Sequence record: PX880102.1
Strand: one strand, 5' to 3'
From: a phage
DNA length: 64,000 nt
Both the position numbers and the translations under genes were made by a program. Numbering within the stretch: position 1 is the stretch's first letter; every line of letters starts with the position of its first letter. The notes below the pieces were generated by a model, which ran no database searches, was not told where the DNA came from, and saw only the letters and a list, made by a program, of their open reading frames with translations. Below, piece after piece: positions 27,978-37,426 of the stretch.

Positions 27978-28263
27978 CTGTGATTTCGGTTACGATATCT
28001 TTGTTATCAAAATTAGGGTCACAATACAAAACATAGTTATACTGCATCACACCACCTGATTTAAGCTGTTTTTGTACTTCAACTTTCATATTGGGACGAT
28101 CACGCTCAACGATATTCATAATATCCGCTTCAATTTGAGTTTCAACTTCAGTCTGATCTGCAGTCATAGACCATTCACACAAATCTTTATCATAACCTGC
28201 CATAGCAGGCTGAGCAGCACAAGAAGCTAAAGCAAAAATTGCAGCAAAGATAAATTTTTTCAT
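27970..28263 (-). CDS. secreted/periplasmic small protein (97 aa)
   Basis: signal peptide MKKFIFAAIFALASCAAQPAMA. Confidence 0.55.
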   Translation of the reverse strand: MKKFIFAAIFALASCAAQPAMAGYDKDLCEWSMTADQTEVETQIEADIMNIVERDRPNMKVEVQKQLKSGGVMQYNYVLYCDPNFDNKDIVTEITGE

Positions 28264-28289
28264 GATAATCTCCTCAGTAGTTTATGTTT

Positions 28290-28345
28290 ATATAGTATCT
28301 CAATTTCCAACAAAAGTAAACAGCTATTTTAAAACTTCTGCATAA
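28290..28345 (-). promoter_or_regulatory. T4-type early promoter
   Basis: minus-strand GTTTAC (plus 28316-28321), -10 TACTAT, SD GAGGAG. Confidence 0.5.
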
Positions 28346-28581
28346 TCACATGTTACAAACTGTTTCTCTAACTTGACGATTTTACGAAAATACCTTTTAC
28401 ACTGACGAATCTGTCGCTTCGTAGGACGTACAGCAAACTTAATAAATTCCACTCGACCAAATGGAGGACTTTCTTCTGCTGGAATATCTAGCACCAATTC
28501 CCACGTATCTGCAATAAGTGCTTTGAATTGCGTATTTTTCCTGACGTTATACGGAGTAGGTTTAAATAAAACAATATGCAT
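28324..28581 (-). CDS. hypothetical protein (85 aa)
   Basis: ORF-track start trimmed to the ATG after SD GAGGATAAT, adjacent to the dmd stop. Confidence 0.5.
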   Translation of the reverse strand: MHIVLFKPTPYNVRKNTQFKALIADTWELVLDIPAEESPPFGRVEFIKFAVRPTKRQIRQCKRYFRKIVKLEKQFVTCDYAEVLK

Positions 28582-28582
28582 A

Positions 28583-28765
28583 TTATCCTCGGCAATCCAC
28601 TTCGCACACTTTCTTGTCATCAATGAAAGCTTCAACTAATGCTTTATTAACTTCAGCATATTGAGTAGTAGCCCATTGAACGTCATCTTTCATCATTGTG
28701 GTTTCTTTAGTAAACATGCTTTCATTCTTAAACCACCCCATAAAAACTACCTTTACCAATTCCAT
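28583..28765 (-). CDS. dmd: Dmd (discriminator of mRNA degradation; antitoxin against RnlA/LsoA), 60 aa
   Basis: MELVKVVFMGWFKNESMFTKE.TMMKDDVQWATTQYAEVNKALV.AFIDDKKVCEVDCRG near-identical to remembered T4 Dmd (gene 61.5). Confidence 0.9.
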   Translation of the reverse strand: MELVKVVFMGWFKNESMFTKETTMMKDDVQWATTQYAEVNKALVEAFIDDKKVCEVDCRG

Positions 28766-28789
28766 AACAATCTCCTCATTTAACCAACA

Positions 28790-28845
28790 AGACTACTATA
28801 CCATAGTCTTGTCAGCTTGTAAACTAAAATTTTAATTCATTTGCC
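28790..28845 (-). promoter_or_regulatory. T4-type early promoter upstream of dmd
   Basis: minus-strand GTTTAC (plus 28818-28823), -10 TATAGT. Confidence 0.5.
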
Positions 28846-30251
28846 AAAGCATCTAACTGAGCTCGAGCTGATTCGTTTCTTTGATAGCGATTCTGTTCAG
28901 CCTGAATCTGCTGTGAACCTGCTACTTCACTCACTTCGGTTGGAGTAGAATCTTGTTCAATTTCTACCCATTTTTGATTTCCTTTTTGAACACCCATCAA
29001 AAACTTATTCCACTTATTCTTATCACCATATCGTGATTTGATTTGCTTAATGAGTTGTTGTTCAGCAGCTGCTAGCTCCTCGGTTTCAATGACCGCAAGC
29101 ATAAAATCAGCTGTTGCTGGAAGACCAGCAGATTCTGCAATATCGCTCATGTTAACATCGGAAGAGTCCCAAGCTTGTTTACCGACCTGTGCTGCAGTCC
29201 AAAGAACAGTTTCTGTTTCAACAGCCAGAGCACGTAATTCCTCTGCAATAGCTTTAACAGTTGTGTAACTATTTTCTGAATAAACTCTAATGCGGCAAGA
29301 TTTACAAATACCTAGATAGTCGACAATAATGATTGTTGGAACAAAATTCTTTTTGAGCTTCAATTCATTCAAGAGAGACCTGAATGTGTTAGCGTCTGCT
29401 CCACCAGTAGGATATTGCTTAACGATTAAACGACCGAGAGTAGATTTCTCACGCCATTTTTCCATTTTTCCTTTATACTCGGCATAAGAAATATGTCCAT
29501 CATCAATATCGTCAAGAGAAACATCGAGCATGTTAGCATCAATACGTTTAGCACAGACTTCTTCTGCCATTTCCATGGAGATATAAAGAACGTTATGACC
29601 AAGCTGCAAATAATCTGCTGCTAATGAACAAAGTCCTAATGATTTACCAACGTTAACGCCAGCCATTAAAACGTTCAGTGTTCCAGTCTCAGCTCCGCCT
29701 TTAGTAATTTTGTTTAGAATTCTGAGTTTAAATGGAACCTTACGAGCTTTATTCATATAAGATAGCCAACGCGCTTCATAGTCATCCATCCAATCATGAC
29801 CAACGTAGCTATCAAATGAAATTGATAATGCTTGGCGCATGATGTCAGGAATAGCACCTACATCTGGCATTTTCTTATTTCGTTTTTCCGGAGGAAGCTC
29901 AGCATTAGTTTGAATTTCGATTATTTTAGACGTAGCATTAAACATCGCCCTTTGCTGAACATATTTTTCTGTTTCTTTTACTAACCAGCTGTGGTCTTCT
30001 GGAGAATCAGTCAGTTTTGAAATAAGTGTTTTTACACCAGAATATTCTGTTTCAGTAAATGAACTATTTTCTAATGCAACATTTAACGCATTAATAGATG
30101 GAACGCTATGATACTCGTTGACATGAGATTTAATTAATTTGAATGTATTTTTAGCTGGACCACTTTCAAAATATTCTGAATCCATATATGGCCAAACTTT
30201 TGAAAAATAAGCTTGATCAAATATAAGATGAGAAAGAATAATTTCTACCAC
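28824..30251 (-). CDS. 41: replicative DNA helicase (DnaB-like), 475 aa
   Basis: Walker A GVNVGKS, DnaB-family motifs; same length as T4 gp41. Confidence 0.95.
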   Translation of the reverse strand: MVEIILSHLIFDQAYFSKVWPYMDSEYFESGPAKNTFKLIKSHVNEYHSVPSINALNVALENSSFTETEYSGVKTLISKLTDSPEDHSWLVKETEKYVQQRAMFNATSKIIEIQTNAELPPEKRNKKMPDVGAIPDIMRQALSISFDSYVGHDWMDDYEARWLSYMNKARKVPFKLRILNKITKGGAETGTLNVLMAGVNVGKSLGLCSLAADYLQLGHNVLYISMEMAEEVCAKRIDANMLDVSLDDIDDGHISYAEYKGKMEKWREKSTLGRLIVKQYPTGGADANTFRSLLNELKLKKNFVPTIIIVDYLGICKSCRIRVYSENSYTTVKAIAEELRALAVETETVLWTAAQVGKQAWDSSDVNMSDIAESAGLPATADFMLAVIETEELAAAEQQLIKQIKSRYGDKNKWNKFLMGVQKGNQKWVEIEQDSTPTEVSEVAGSQQIQAEQNRYQRNESARAQLDALANELKF

Positions 30252-30260
30252 ACTTACTCC

Positions 30261-30599
30261 TTAAAAGAATTTAAATTTTTTCTTTGACCTTTTATTAAAT
30301 GCATCTTGTAGTTGCATTGTAATACATTTTTCTACATGAGGAGCTAACTCAGCTTTTCTTTCTTGGTCAAGAACAGCAAAGTCCATTACAACCTTTCCAT
30401 TAACCCAATCTAATTTTGTTACATACACAATGTGTGTAGAACCATCTTCTAGTTTAATGACAATCTCCTGGATAACATTTTCCATGGCAGATTTAATTAT
30501 CTTAAGAGATTCATTAAAAAGACGTTCTTTTCTTTCTTCTTCCCCCTCCGAAGAGGGGGATTCATCGATAATTTCTAAATCTAAATCATCTTTACTCAT
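30261..30599 (-). CDS. 40: gene 40-like protein (112 aa) between 41 and uvsX
   Basis: position; start taken as the ATG overlapping the uvsX stop; acidic N-terminus. Confidence 0.5.
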   Translation of the reverse strand: MSKDDLDLEIIDESPSSEGEEERKERLFNESLKIIKSAMENVIQEIVIKLEDGSTHIVYVTKLDWVNGKVVMDFAVLDQERKAELAPHVEKCITMQLQDAFNKRSKKKFKFF

Positions 30600-31773
30600 T
30601 AAATTCTTCCATATCACTTAACTGCTCGAGGTCAGTTTCTAAATCAGCTGCTGATTTACTTTTACTTTCTGGGGATTTAAATTTTTCAACCTTTGAGTTA
30701 ATCAATTCATCAACTTCAGCTTCAACAATTTCATTACTATCAATAGCACCTAACTGATAAGCACGTTTAATAGCATCTCGGAATGGTTGATGCTTAAATA
30801 AAGGACCCCAGAATGTAGTGCAGTTAGTATCTTTTGCACGCCAAGATTTTTCTTCGCGAATCATCTCACCGGTTTCTTCGTCAAGAAATTCACGAGCATA
30901 CCAACCATTTTTAGGTTTTACTACAAATCCTAATTCTAGGGCCATATCTAACAATCCAGAATAAGGATCGATACCACCGTCAAATTTAACATCAATAAAG
31001 AATTTACTTTTTTCTTTAACAGTACGAGATTTTTCTACATTTAGAACAAATTGATACCCCTGAAGATCAGAACCATCTTTAATCTGACGCTTACCGATAA
31101 TGAATACAGTATCAGCCGAATACATTACGCCTGTACCACCTGTCATCACGGTTTTACTAAACATTTCAATTGTTTCAATTGTATGGTTAACCGCAACGCA
31201 TGGAATATTTTTAATGCTAAAGTAAGGAGTAACAATACGGAATAATGACTTCAGCGATTTAGCACGAGTCATATCTGCCACAGATTTTTCATTCAAGGCA
31301 TCTTCCGTTTCTTTCTTAGAAGCCATATTACCGATTGAGTCGATGAATACAATAACTTTTTCACCACGCTCAATAGCTTCAAGCTGGTTCACCATATCAA
31401 TTTTCAGCTGTTCAACTGACTGGATTGGCGTATGAATTACTCGTTCCGGGTCAACTCCCATGGATCGCAAATAAGCTGGAGTAATACCAAATTCGCTATC
31501 ATAGAATAGACAAACCGCGTCAGGATATTTGTTCAAATATGCCGCAACCATAGTCAAAGACATATTTGATTTAAAGTGTTTAGAAGGCCCTGCGAAAATA
31601 GTTAAACCAGACTGCATACCGCCATCAATCGCACCAGAAATAGCAATATTAAGCATTGGGATTTTTGTACGGATTACATCCTTTTCATTAAAGAATTTAG
31701 ATGTAGTCAGTTCAGCAGTCATTTTAGAAGTGGAAGCTTTAATCAAACGGGATTTTAAATCTGCAATAGACAT
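30592..31773 (-). CDS. uvsX: UvsX recombinase (RecA-like), 393 aa
   Basis: MSIADLKSRLIKASTSK.TAELT.SKFFNEKDV.RTKIPM.NIA.SG... near-identical to T4 UvsX. Confidence 0.96.
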   Translation of the reverse strand: MSIADLKSRLIKASTSKMTAELTTSKFFNEKDVIRTKIPMLNIAISGAIDGGMQSGLTIFAGPSKHFKSNMSLTMVAAYLNKYPDAVCLFYDSEFGITPAYLRSMGVDPERVIHTPIQSVEQLKIDMVNQLEAIERGEKVIVFIDSIGNMASKKETEDALNEKSVADMTRAKSLKSLFRIVTPYFSIKNIPCVAVNHTIETIEMFSKTVMTGGTGVMYSADTVFIIGKRQIKDGSDLQGYQFVLNVEKSRTVKEKSKFFIDVKFDGGIDPYSGLLDMALELGFVVKPKNGWYAREFLDEETGEMIREEKSWRAKDTNCTTFWGPLFKHQPFRDAIKRAYQLGAIDSNEIVEAEVDELINSKVEKFKSPESKSKSAADLETDLEQLSDMEEFNE

Positions 31774-31825
31774 TCATTTTTTCCATAGGCATCATTATAT
31801 TTTCCTCACTGGTTAAAGATAGAGT

Positions 31826-31851
31826 AATTATAACACAATAAATTTAGGCAT
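31826..31851 (-). promoter_or_regulatory. candidate MotA-dependent middle promoter upstream of uvsX
   Basis: minus-strand aaTGCCTAA (MotA-box-like, one mismatch to TGCTTNA), 12 nt, TATAAT. Confidence 0.35.
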
Positions 31852-32693
31852 TAATCAACTGCTATTGGATGAATAGCATTAAACTTATGAAATGCTTCTG
31901 ATTTTTCTTTACGCGAAACGCACATGCGAAGAACCTTTAGTGGTTCATCTTCTTCACCCAACGATTTTCGTTTTTCAATATTAGAAGTTTTCCAACGAGC
32001 TTGCTCTGGAAACTCTCTATTGATTTGTTCAAGCGCTCTATTATGTTTAGAATTACTACGAATTGAACTACATCCGCCAGGAGCTTGTGCTTTTCCAGAT
32101 ACAACTAGATATTTGAACAAGGCCAAATGCGGATAACCTTGATTAATTAAATTGAGAAATGCATACATATCTTCGCATAAATCAATTTTTCCATACCCAA
32201 TTTGTTCTGTCGTAAGTTTTCCGAGGTCATACCATGTATTCGTGAATCCATATGAATTTTCACGATAATTACCCCAAGATGAAGTAATTTTAAAAATTGG
32301 TAGACGAGCATGGCCATGATAATACCCGCAATCCATGGCATCTTCAACGTATTGAATTAATTCATAGAACTGTTCACGAGTTAATTGATTAACTTTATCT
32401 ACGCAGCGACGATCATCTCTCTTTCGCATTGAACTCATACGAATAGTAGTATCATCGTCAATCATCCAGATTCGTTGACCTGCATACATATCAGTAATTG
32501 CTTTACGAGTTCCAGCAATTCCGTTTACATCATCAGGAATAGTTATAATTTTAGCTCTAGACCCATAGGCATCATAATAAGCTTTTTCTTCATGCTCACG
32601 CACTACAATATGTGGTTCATAATCAGTCGGAAACATATCAAGGGCAGAAACTGCCCCGACACGCTGATAGCTTGGAATTACGAATTGAATCAT
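31851..32693 (-). CDS. DNA glycosyltransferase candidate (GT-A-like, DxD), 280 aa, at the beta-gt locus
   Basis: position between uvsX and 42 where T4 has beta-glucosyltransferase; WMIDDDTTIR DxD-type motif; start trimmed from the GTG of the ORF track to the ATG. Confidence 0.5.
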   Translation of the reverse strand: MIQFVIPSYQRVGAVSALDMFPTDYEPHIVVREHEEKAYYDAYGSRAKIITIPDDVNGIAGTRKAITDMYAGQRIWMIDDDTTIRMSSMRKRDDRRCVDKVNQLTREQFYELIQYVEDAMDCGYYHGHARLPIFKITSSWGNYRENSYGFTNTWYDLGKLTTEQIGYGKIDLCEDMYAFLNLINQGYPHLALFKYLVVSGKAQAPGGCSSIRSNSKHNRALEQINREFPEQARWKTSNIEKRKSLGEEDEPLKVLRMCVSRKEKSEAFHKFNAIHPIAVD

Positions 32694-33430
32694 TTCCACT
32701 CACCGTTATAATCTTTTTTCACAATATGAGTTTCGCCAGTATTCCACCAATGATCAACCAAGTAAAAATGACGAGAATATACATGAAGACTTCCAACATT
32801 CCATATAATAGAACCTGCTTTATACTGACGAGTTGAATCGCCTGCATTCAAATCAGATACTAATTTATCTAATACGTATTTTTGCCATGCATAATCATTA
32901 CGGAATCCGAAGACCACGTCATTTGAGCGCATGCTTACTACTGCATTGACTTTCTTATCACGAATCAGGTATTGTACTGTATTCGTGCACATGAAATCTG
33001 ACATGCCGTCTTTGCTGTAGTCAAACTGCATAGATGGACGAGTATAAATCATGATACCACGTCGAGAATCAGGATTTTGACCAAGTTCAGCTAAACACAT
33101 ATCATACTGAGCATAGTTATCTTCTGACCAGATAGCCCAACCATAATTCGAGTTAATTTCGCCTTTAGAAGATGCTACCTGCTGCCAAATCTTTGGTGTT
33201 TCACCTGGAATATCTTTGACAAACAGACTTTGAGACTTGTACCATTCAAGTTCACGCTGAATGTATTCATCATTAAGAGCGCCAAAAATAAACGGTTCAT
33301 CTGCTACAAATGATGCGCCAATAATTTCAATAGTTTTAACGCCGGTTTTATCAACTACGAAATCTTTTTCCTTTAATGCAAGCCCCAAATGAAGACGGAT
33401 TTCTTCAACTGTCATAGAGTCACTAATCAT
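32690..33430 (-). CDS. 42: dCMP hydroxymethylase, 246 aa
   Basis: thymidylate-synthase-like fold; same length as T4 gp42. Confidence 0.93.
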   Translation of the reverse strand: MISDSMTVEEIRLHLGLALKEKDFVVDKTGVKTIEIIGASFVADEPFIFGALNDEYIQRELEWYKSQSLFVKDIPGETPKIWQQVASSKGEINSNYGWAIWSEDNYAQYDMCLAELGQNPDSRRGIMIYTRPSMQFDYSKDGMSDFMCTNTVQYLIRDKKVNAVVSMRSNDVVFGFRNDYAWQKYVLDKLVSDLNAGDSTRQYKAGSIIWNVGSLHVYSRHFYLVDHWWNTGETHIVKKDYNGEWK

Positions 33431-33437
33431 TTAAACC

Positions 33438-33587
33438 TCAATTGATACATTCATATTTAACTTGTAACAGTAATAAACCCCAACCTAAAATAATAGTTGG
33501 AATCATAAGAGGAACCGTTACACTATAGTATATACTTATTATAATCATCAAGATTAAAAGCAACACTGCTATAATTTTGCTTTTCAT
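33438..33587 (-). CDS. small membrane protein (49 aa), imm.1-like
   Basis: MKSKIIAVLLLILMIIISIYYSVTVPLMIPTIILGWGLLLLQVKYECIN; ATGA overlap with the imm stop; not in ORF track. Confidence 0.45.
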   Translation of the reverse strand: MKSKIIAVLLLILMIIISIYYSVTVPLMIPTIILGWGLLLLQVKYECIN

Positions 33588-33835
33588 TCCTTCTCTCTGA
33601 TGATAATTACCTGATTTGGTTGTGCAGACTTTTTGGTTTCACCCGCAATTGACCAAATAAATGTAATAAACCAACCAATAATTGACCAGTTAAACAGTAA
33701 AGATGTGAAAAAGATTCCTACTGTCGATTTTGACCCACGCATCAAGGCGATGAACCATGGAAGCATGTATATAATAATAGCCAACACACCTGAAACTAAA
33801 ACCATAAAAATTGAACCTGCTACTAAAGTTTCCAT
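33584..33835 (-). CDS. imm: superinfection immunity membrane protein Imm, 83 aa
   Basis: two TM segments; same length and position as T4 Imm. Confidence 0.75.
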   Translation of the reverse strand: METLVAGSIFMVLVSGVLAIIIYMLPWFIALMRGSKSTVGIFFTSLLFNWSIIGWFITFIWSIAGETKKSAQPNQVIIIREKE

Positions 33836-33842
33836 CTTTTCC

Positions 33843-34223
33843 TCACTTAGTCAAATTTTTTACGCATGAATTATAAGAATTCACTACATACTCCATCGGA
33901 GCATTTTTACCAGTACGCCATTGGTAATTATTAGCCCAATTAGCCCAAAGTTCAGCGCAGTAGTTTTCAATTTTTTCTTCGCGTGTAATTACATCTGAAT
34001 TACGATATGCTTGGGCAGATTCATCTGGACGAATAGCTTCATCAAAATTCGCCTGCATTTGTTCTACTGTCTGTTTTGGAGCTTCTTTATAACACTTGAC
34101 GTTAGGATTATAAAATTTGCTTGAACAGTTTACAATTTTTCCTACATCAGACTGATTTACTACCGGTCCTTGAGCTACACAGCCAGTAAGACCCAATGCA
34201 ATAACCAAAATAGCGATTTTCAT
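33843..34223 (-). CDS. putative lipoprotein (126 aa)
   Basis: signal peptide with lipobox LTGC. Confidence 0.5.
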   Translation of the reverse strand: MKIAILVIALGLTGCVAQGPVVNQSDVGKIVNCSSKFYNPNVKCYKEAPKQTVEQMQANFDEAIRPDESAQAYRNSDVITREEKIENYCAELWANWANNYQWRTGKNAPMEYVVNSYNSCVKNLTK

Positions 34224-34233
34224 AACAATTTCC

Positions 34234-34470
34234 TCAAATACAAGTAGTAATTACTCCAGTGGTGCTTACACAGGTATTACCTAATTGAACACCCAGCGTT
34301 CCATTAGTATTCATATGAAGATTATCATCAATTTTTGTTGATACTTTACCATTCATGTGAATAACAGTATTAGATTCAATCACATTCTGAGTATCATTTT
34401 CAATATCAATAAATGAAACAGCTGCTAATGCAACTAAACACACTGCTAAGCAACCATAAACAATTTTCAT
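34234..34470 (-). CDS. secreted small protein (78 aa)
   Basis: signal peptide; ORF-track start (TTG) trimmed to the ATG after the conserved leader. Confidence 0.5.
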   Translation of the reverse strand: MKIVYGCLAVCLVALAAVSFIDIENDTQNVIESNTVIHMNGKVSTKIDDNLHMNTNGTLGVQLGNTCVSTTGVITTCI

Positions 34471-34509
34471 TTTATTCTCCAAATCCGTATCAGTTGATAG
34501 TTGTATAGT

Positions 34510-34570
34510 ACCACAGAGGAACAGTCTTGTAAACAGTTTTGTGAAAAATTTTTTAGGGAATTCTAAAGGT
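34510..34570 (-). promoter_or_regulatory. T4-type early promoter cassette
   Basis: minus-strand GTTTAC (plus 34538-34543), -10 TACTATAC, leader near-identical to the cassette at 60921-61000. Confidence 0.55.
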
Positions 34571-34651
34571 CCAGAATCATCTGTTTTTCATAAGTATAGA
34601 TTTATATTACTTGTATGAAAAAGGGACCCGGAGGTCCCTAGATTTATTCTA

Positions 34652-37348
34652 TCAGCCAAACAGGAAGTCTAACGAAGCTTTTTCTTCATAGTCCATACCA
34701 GCCGATTCACACATGCCCGCAAGCGGTTTAACAAACGATTTTTGGAACAAAGTTGAGTAGTCAATCCAAGACAGTACGTCAGAACGAATTTCTTTTGGAA
34801 GTTCTGTGCCTGATGGCCAAGCAATGCACTTGTCACCAAATGGATTTCCTTCACGTAATGGAAGAACCATTACCTTATTTCCATCCAAAATTGGAGCTAC
34901 ACCTAAACCGCTAACAGCTCGACGATAAGTTAGCACGCCACGAATATGGAACGGACATTTAAATCCTGGCCAACCTTTATCATCATATTTCGCTATATCG
35001 TTCGCAGTTTTTACTTCAGCAATAACTTTATAGTCAAGTTGACGATATTCTTTCTCAAAGTTCTTGTAGTATTCTTGGACAGACTCTTCGCCTTCCTGAA
35101 GAATACGACGAATACTTTCTTCGAGAGCTTCTTGCACTGCTTTTGGTGTTGAACTCTGCTGAGTTTCCATACCCATGATTTTTAGATGCGGTTCAGCAAA
35201 TCGCTTATCTTCCATATCATAAACGTTCAGAGCATAACGTTTTTTCGCTTTCCAAAATCCACCAACACCCTTTGAACCAAGCGGAGGGCAAGAAATAGCT
35301 TCACGGTCCATATGCATCAGATGCTCGCGGTTATTCATATAATCACATAACTCACGATATGCAACATCAATCATAGGTTCCATCTTTTTCTTACCAAACT
35401 GATTCATGAATTCAACTAAATCATTTTGTTCTTTAAAGCGGTCAAGACCTACTTTTTCAATTACTTTATCTACACAAACATATACCGAATCAGTATCACC
35501 TGCTGCGATGAAATCTTCACCATTAGTTCCACATACTTTATTCAGATATTCATTAATTTTGCGAGCAATCCATTGAATACCAACTTGACCGAAAATTGTG
35601 ATAGCAGTAGCATTTCGCAAATCATAGTAACGGAAATGAATATTACCAAGAGCACCATAAAGACTGTTAATAAGAATTTTACGGTTCAGCTGATTTGTGT
35701 TAGCAAGTGTAGCGGCTTTTTCACATTCTTCAATCAGACTATTGAGAACAGATTCGGTGTAATTCGATAATTCGTTTAAGAAATCATCACTGAACTTAAC
35801 ATATCGTTCAACTTCTGGTTTAGTTGAACAAGACCCTGCACCTTTCATAATAATCTTTTTAATAGCTTCGGCATTCATTTCTTCCGCGAACATTTTCTTT
35901 TTCCAATCTTTACGCTGGAAAAATACTTTAGCGATTTCCTTTGGAATGATACCTTCTTGGTGCTTATCATACATCCATCCATTCGGAGAGCAAGAATATT
36001 CATCACTTGGCTTAGGAGCTGTTCCTGCGATATATTCATGAATTGGATGAACTTTAAATTGCCCACGAATAGTCTCAGGACTAATGTTAACCTGACGAAT
36101 AATGCTAGGATACAGAGACGTCAAGTCAAAACTCATAATGTATCTACGAGCAATCGGTTTAGGTTCAAACACAAATGCACCTGGAAAACTCTGTTTAACG
36201 TGCGAACCTTGTTGAGGAATAACCTTATGTTCACCTTTCAGTGAGTTAAAAATAATAGCATCCCAAGTTTTAATAGGACTCATTACACCAGAAAAAGGCA
36301 TTTTAGCGTAATAAGACATACTTAAAACTAGATCGATAAACCCACGAATTTTATCAATTGCTTGAACTGATTCTACGTCAATGATGTTATAACTAATGTA
36401 TCGTTGATGATTAGTCTCACGAAGTTTATTAATAGGACCATCGTACGGCAATTTACCTTTTTTGGTTTCATGTTGAGCAACTGATTCCAAAGAGAATGAT
36501 GGCAAATTAGTAAATGCGAATTTCTTGTACAAATCTAAATAATCAAGAATAGATACGCCATCAATAGAATAAATTTCTTTGCTACCGTACATATTTTGAA
36601 TTAGTTTAGATTTTACTCGACCGATTGGAGAGAAGCGCTTCATACTACGTTCACCGAGAACCATTTTAACGCGATTCATAATATACGGAACGTCAAATCC
36701 CTCAATATTCCAACCAGTAAAAATAGCAGGTCGTTTCTGTTCCCAGAGATTAATATATTCCATGAGCATATCACGCTCATTATCAAATGGCATATAAATT
36801 ACTCGGTCAAGAATTTCTTGAGGAACTTCATCACCACCTTCGCAGTCGAGCTTAGCAGCTAACTTTGCATCCCATTTTGATACTGAACCGTACATCGAAT
36901 TCAACAAATCAAAGACGTAAAAACGATCGTCAATTGAATCATAATGAGTGATAGCATCAATTTCATATTCTGCTTTCATTGGGTCAGGAAATTTATCACC
37001 AGTAACCTCAATGTCACAGTTAGCTACACGAACAAATTTTCGATCATAAACAATTTCTGAACCATATGTATCACTGATATAAGCGAGTTTAAAATCGTTC
37101 ATACCGAGAGCTTCGAGACCGATGTCTTCCATTCGCTTCATCCAGTCTCGTGCATCTTTCATTGATGGAAATTTTTGAGGAGCGCAATTTTTACCATAAA
37201 TGTCTTTGTATTTTGACTCTTCCTTACAATGTCTAAACATAGTCGGAAGATATTCTACTTCACGAGTACGTTCCTTTCCGTTTTCATCAATATAACGCTC
37301 AACAATATTATTTCCGACTGTTTCGATAGAGATATAAAATTCTTTCAT
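34652..37348 (-). CDS. 43: DNA polymerase (family B) with 3'-5' exonuclease, 898 aa
   Basis: exonuclease motifs and polymerase motif YGDTDS (AAGDTDSVY); same length as T4 gp43. Confidence 0.97.
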   Translation of the reverse strand: MKEFYISIETVGNNIVERYIDENGKERTREVEYLPTMFRHCKEESKYKDIYGKNCAPQKFPSMKDARDWMKRMEDIGLEALGMNDFKLAYISDTYGSEIVYDRKFVRVANCDIEVTGDKFPDPMKAEYEIDAITHYDSIDDRFYVFDLLNSMYGSVSKWDAKLAAKLDCEGGDEVPQEILDRVIYMPFDNERDMLMEYINLWEQKRPAIFTGWNIEGFDVPYIMNRVKMVLGERSMKRFSPIGRVKSKLIQNMYGSKEIYSIDGVSILDYLDLYKKFAFTNLPSFSLESVAQHETKKGKLPYDGPINKLRETNHQRYISYNIIDVESVQAIDKIRGFIDLVLSMSYYAKMPFSGVMSPIKTWDAIIFNSLKGEHKVIPQQGSHVKQSFPGAFVFEPKPIARRYIMSFDLTSLYPSIIRQVNISPETIRGQFKVHPIHEYIAGTAPKPSDEYSCSPNGWMYDKHQEGIIPKEIAKVFFQRKDWKKKMFAEEMNAEAIKKIIMKGAGSCSTKPEVERYVKFSDDFLNELSNYTESVLNSLIEECEKAATLANTNQLNRKILINSLYGALGNIHFRYYDLRNATAITIFGQVGIQWIARKINEYLNKVCGTNGEDFIAAGDTDSVYVCVDKVIEKVGLDRFKEQNDLVEFMNQFGKKKMEPMIDVAYRELCDYMNNREHLMHMDREAISCPPLGSKGVGGFWKAKKRYALNVYDMEDKRFAEPHLKIMGMETQQSSTPKAVQEALEESIRRILQEGEESVQEYYKNFEKEYRQLDYKVIAEVKTANDIAKYDDKGWPGFKCPFHIRGVLTYRRAVSGLGVAPILDGNKVMVLPLREGNPFGDKCIAWPSGTELPKEIRSDVLSWIDYSTLFQKSFVKPLAGMCESAGMDYEEKASLDFLFG

Positions 37349-37406
37349 AGATATTCCTTAGTTTATAGCCCGAGTTATTAGGCTCTTGATATATTATACT
37401 CCAAAT

Positions 37407-37424
37407 AAGGGGCCGAAGCCCCTT
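37407..37424 (-). other. AAGGGGCCGAAGCCCCTT hairpin upstream of gene 43
   Basis: 7-bp GC stem with UUCG loop in the mRNA sense; weak U tract. Confidence 0.45.
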
Positions 37425-37426
37425 GC

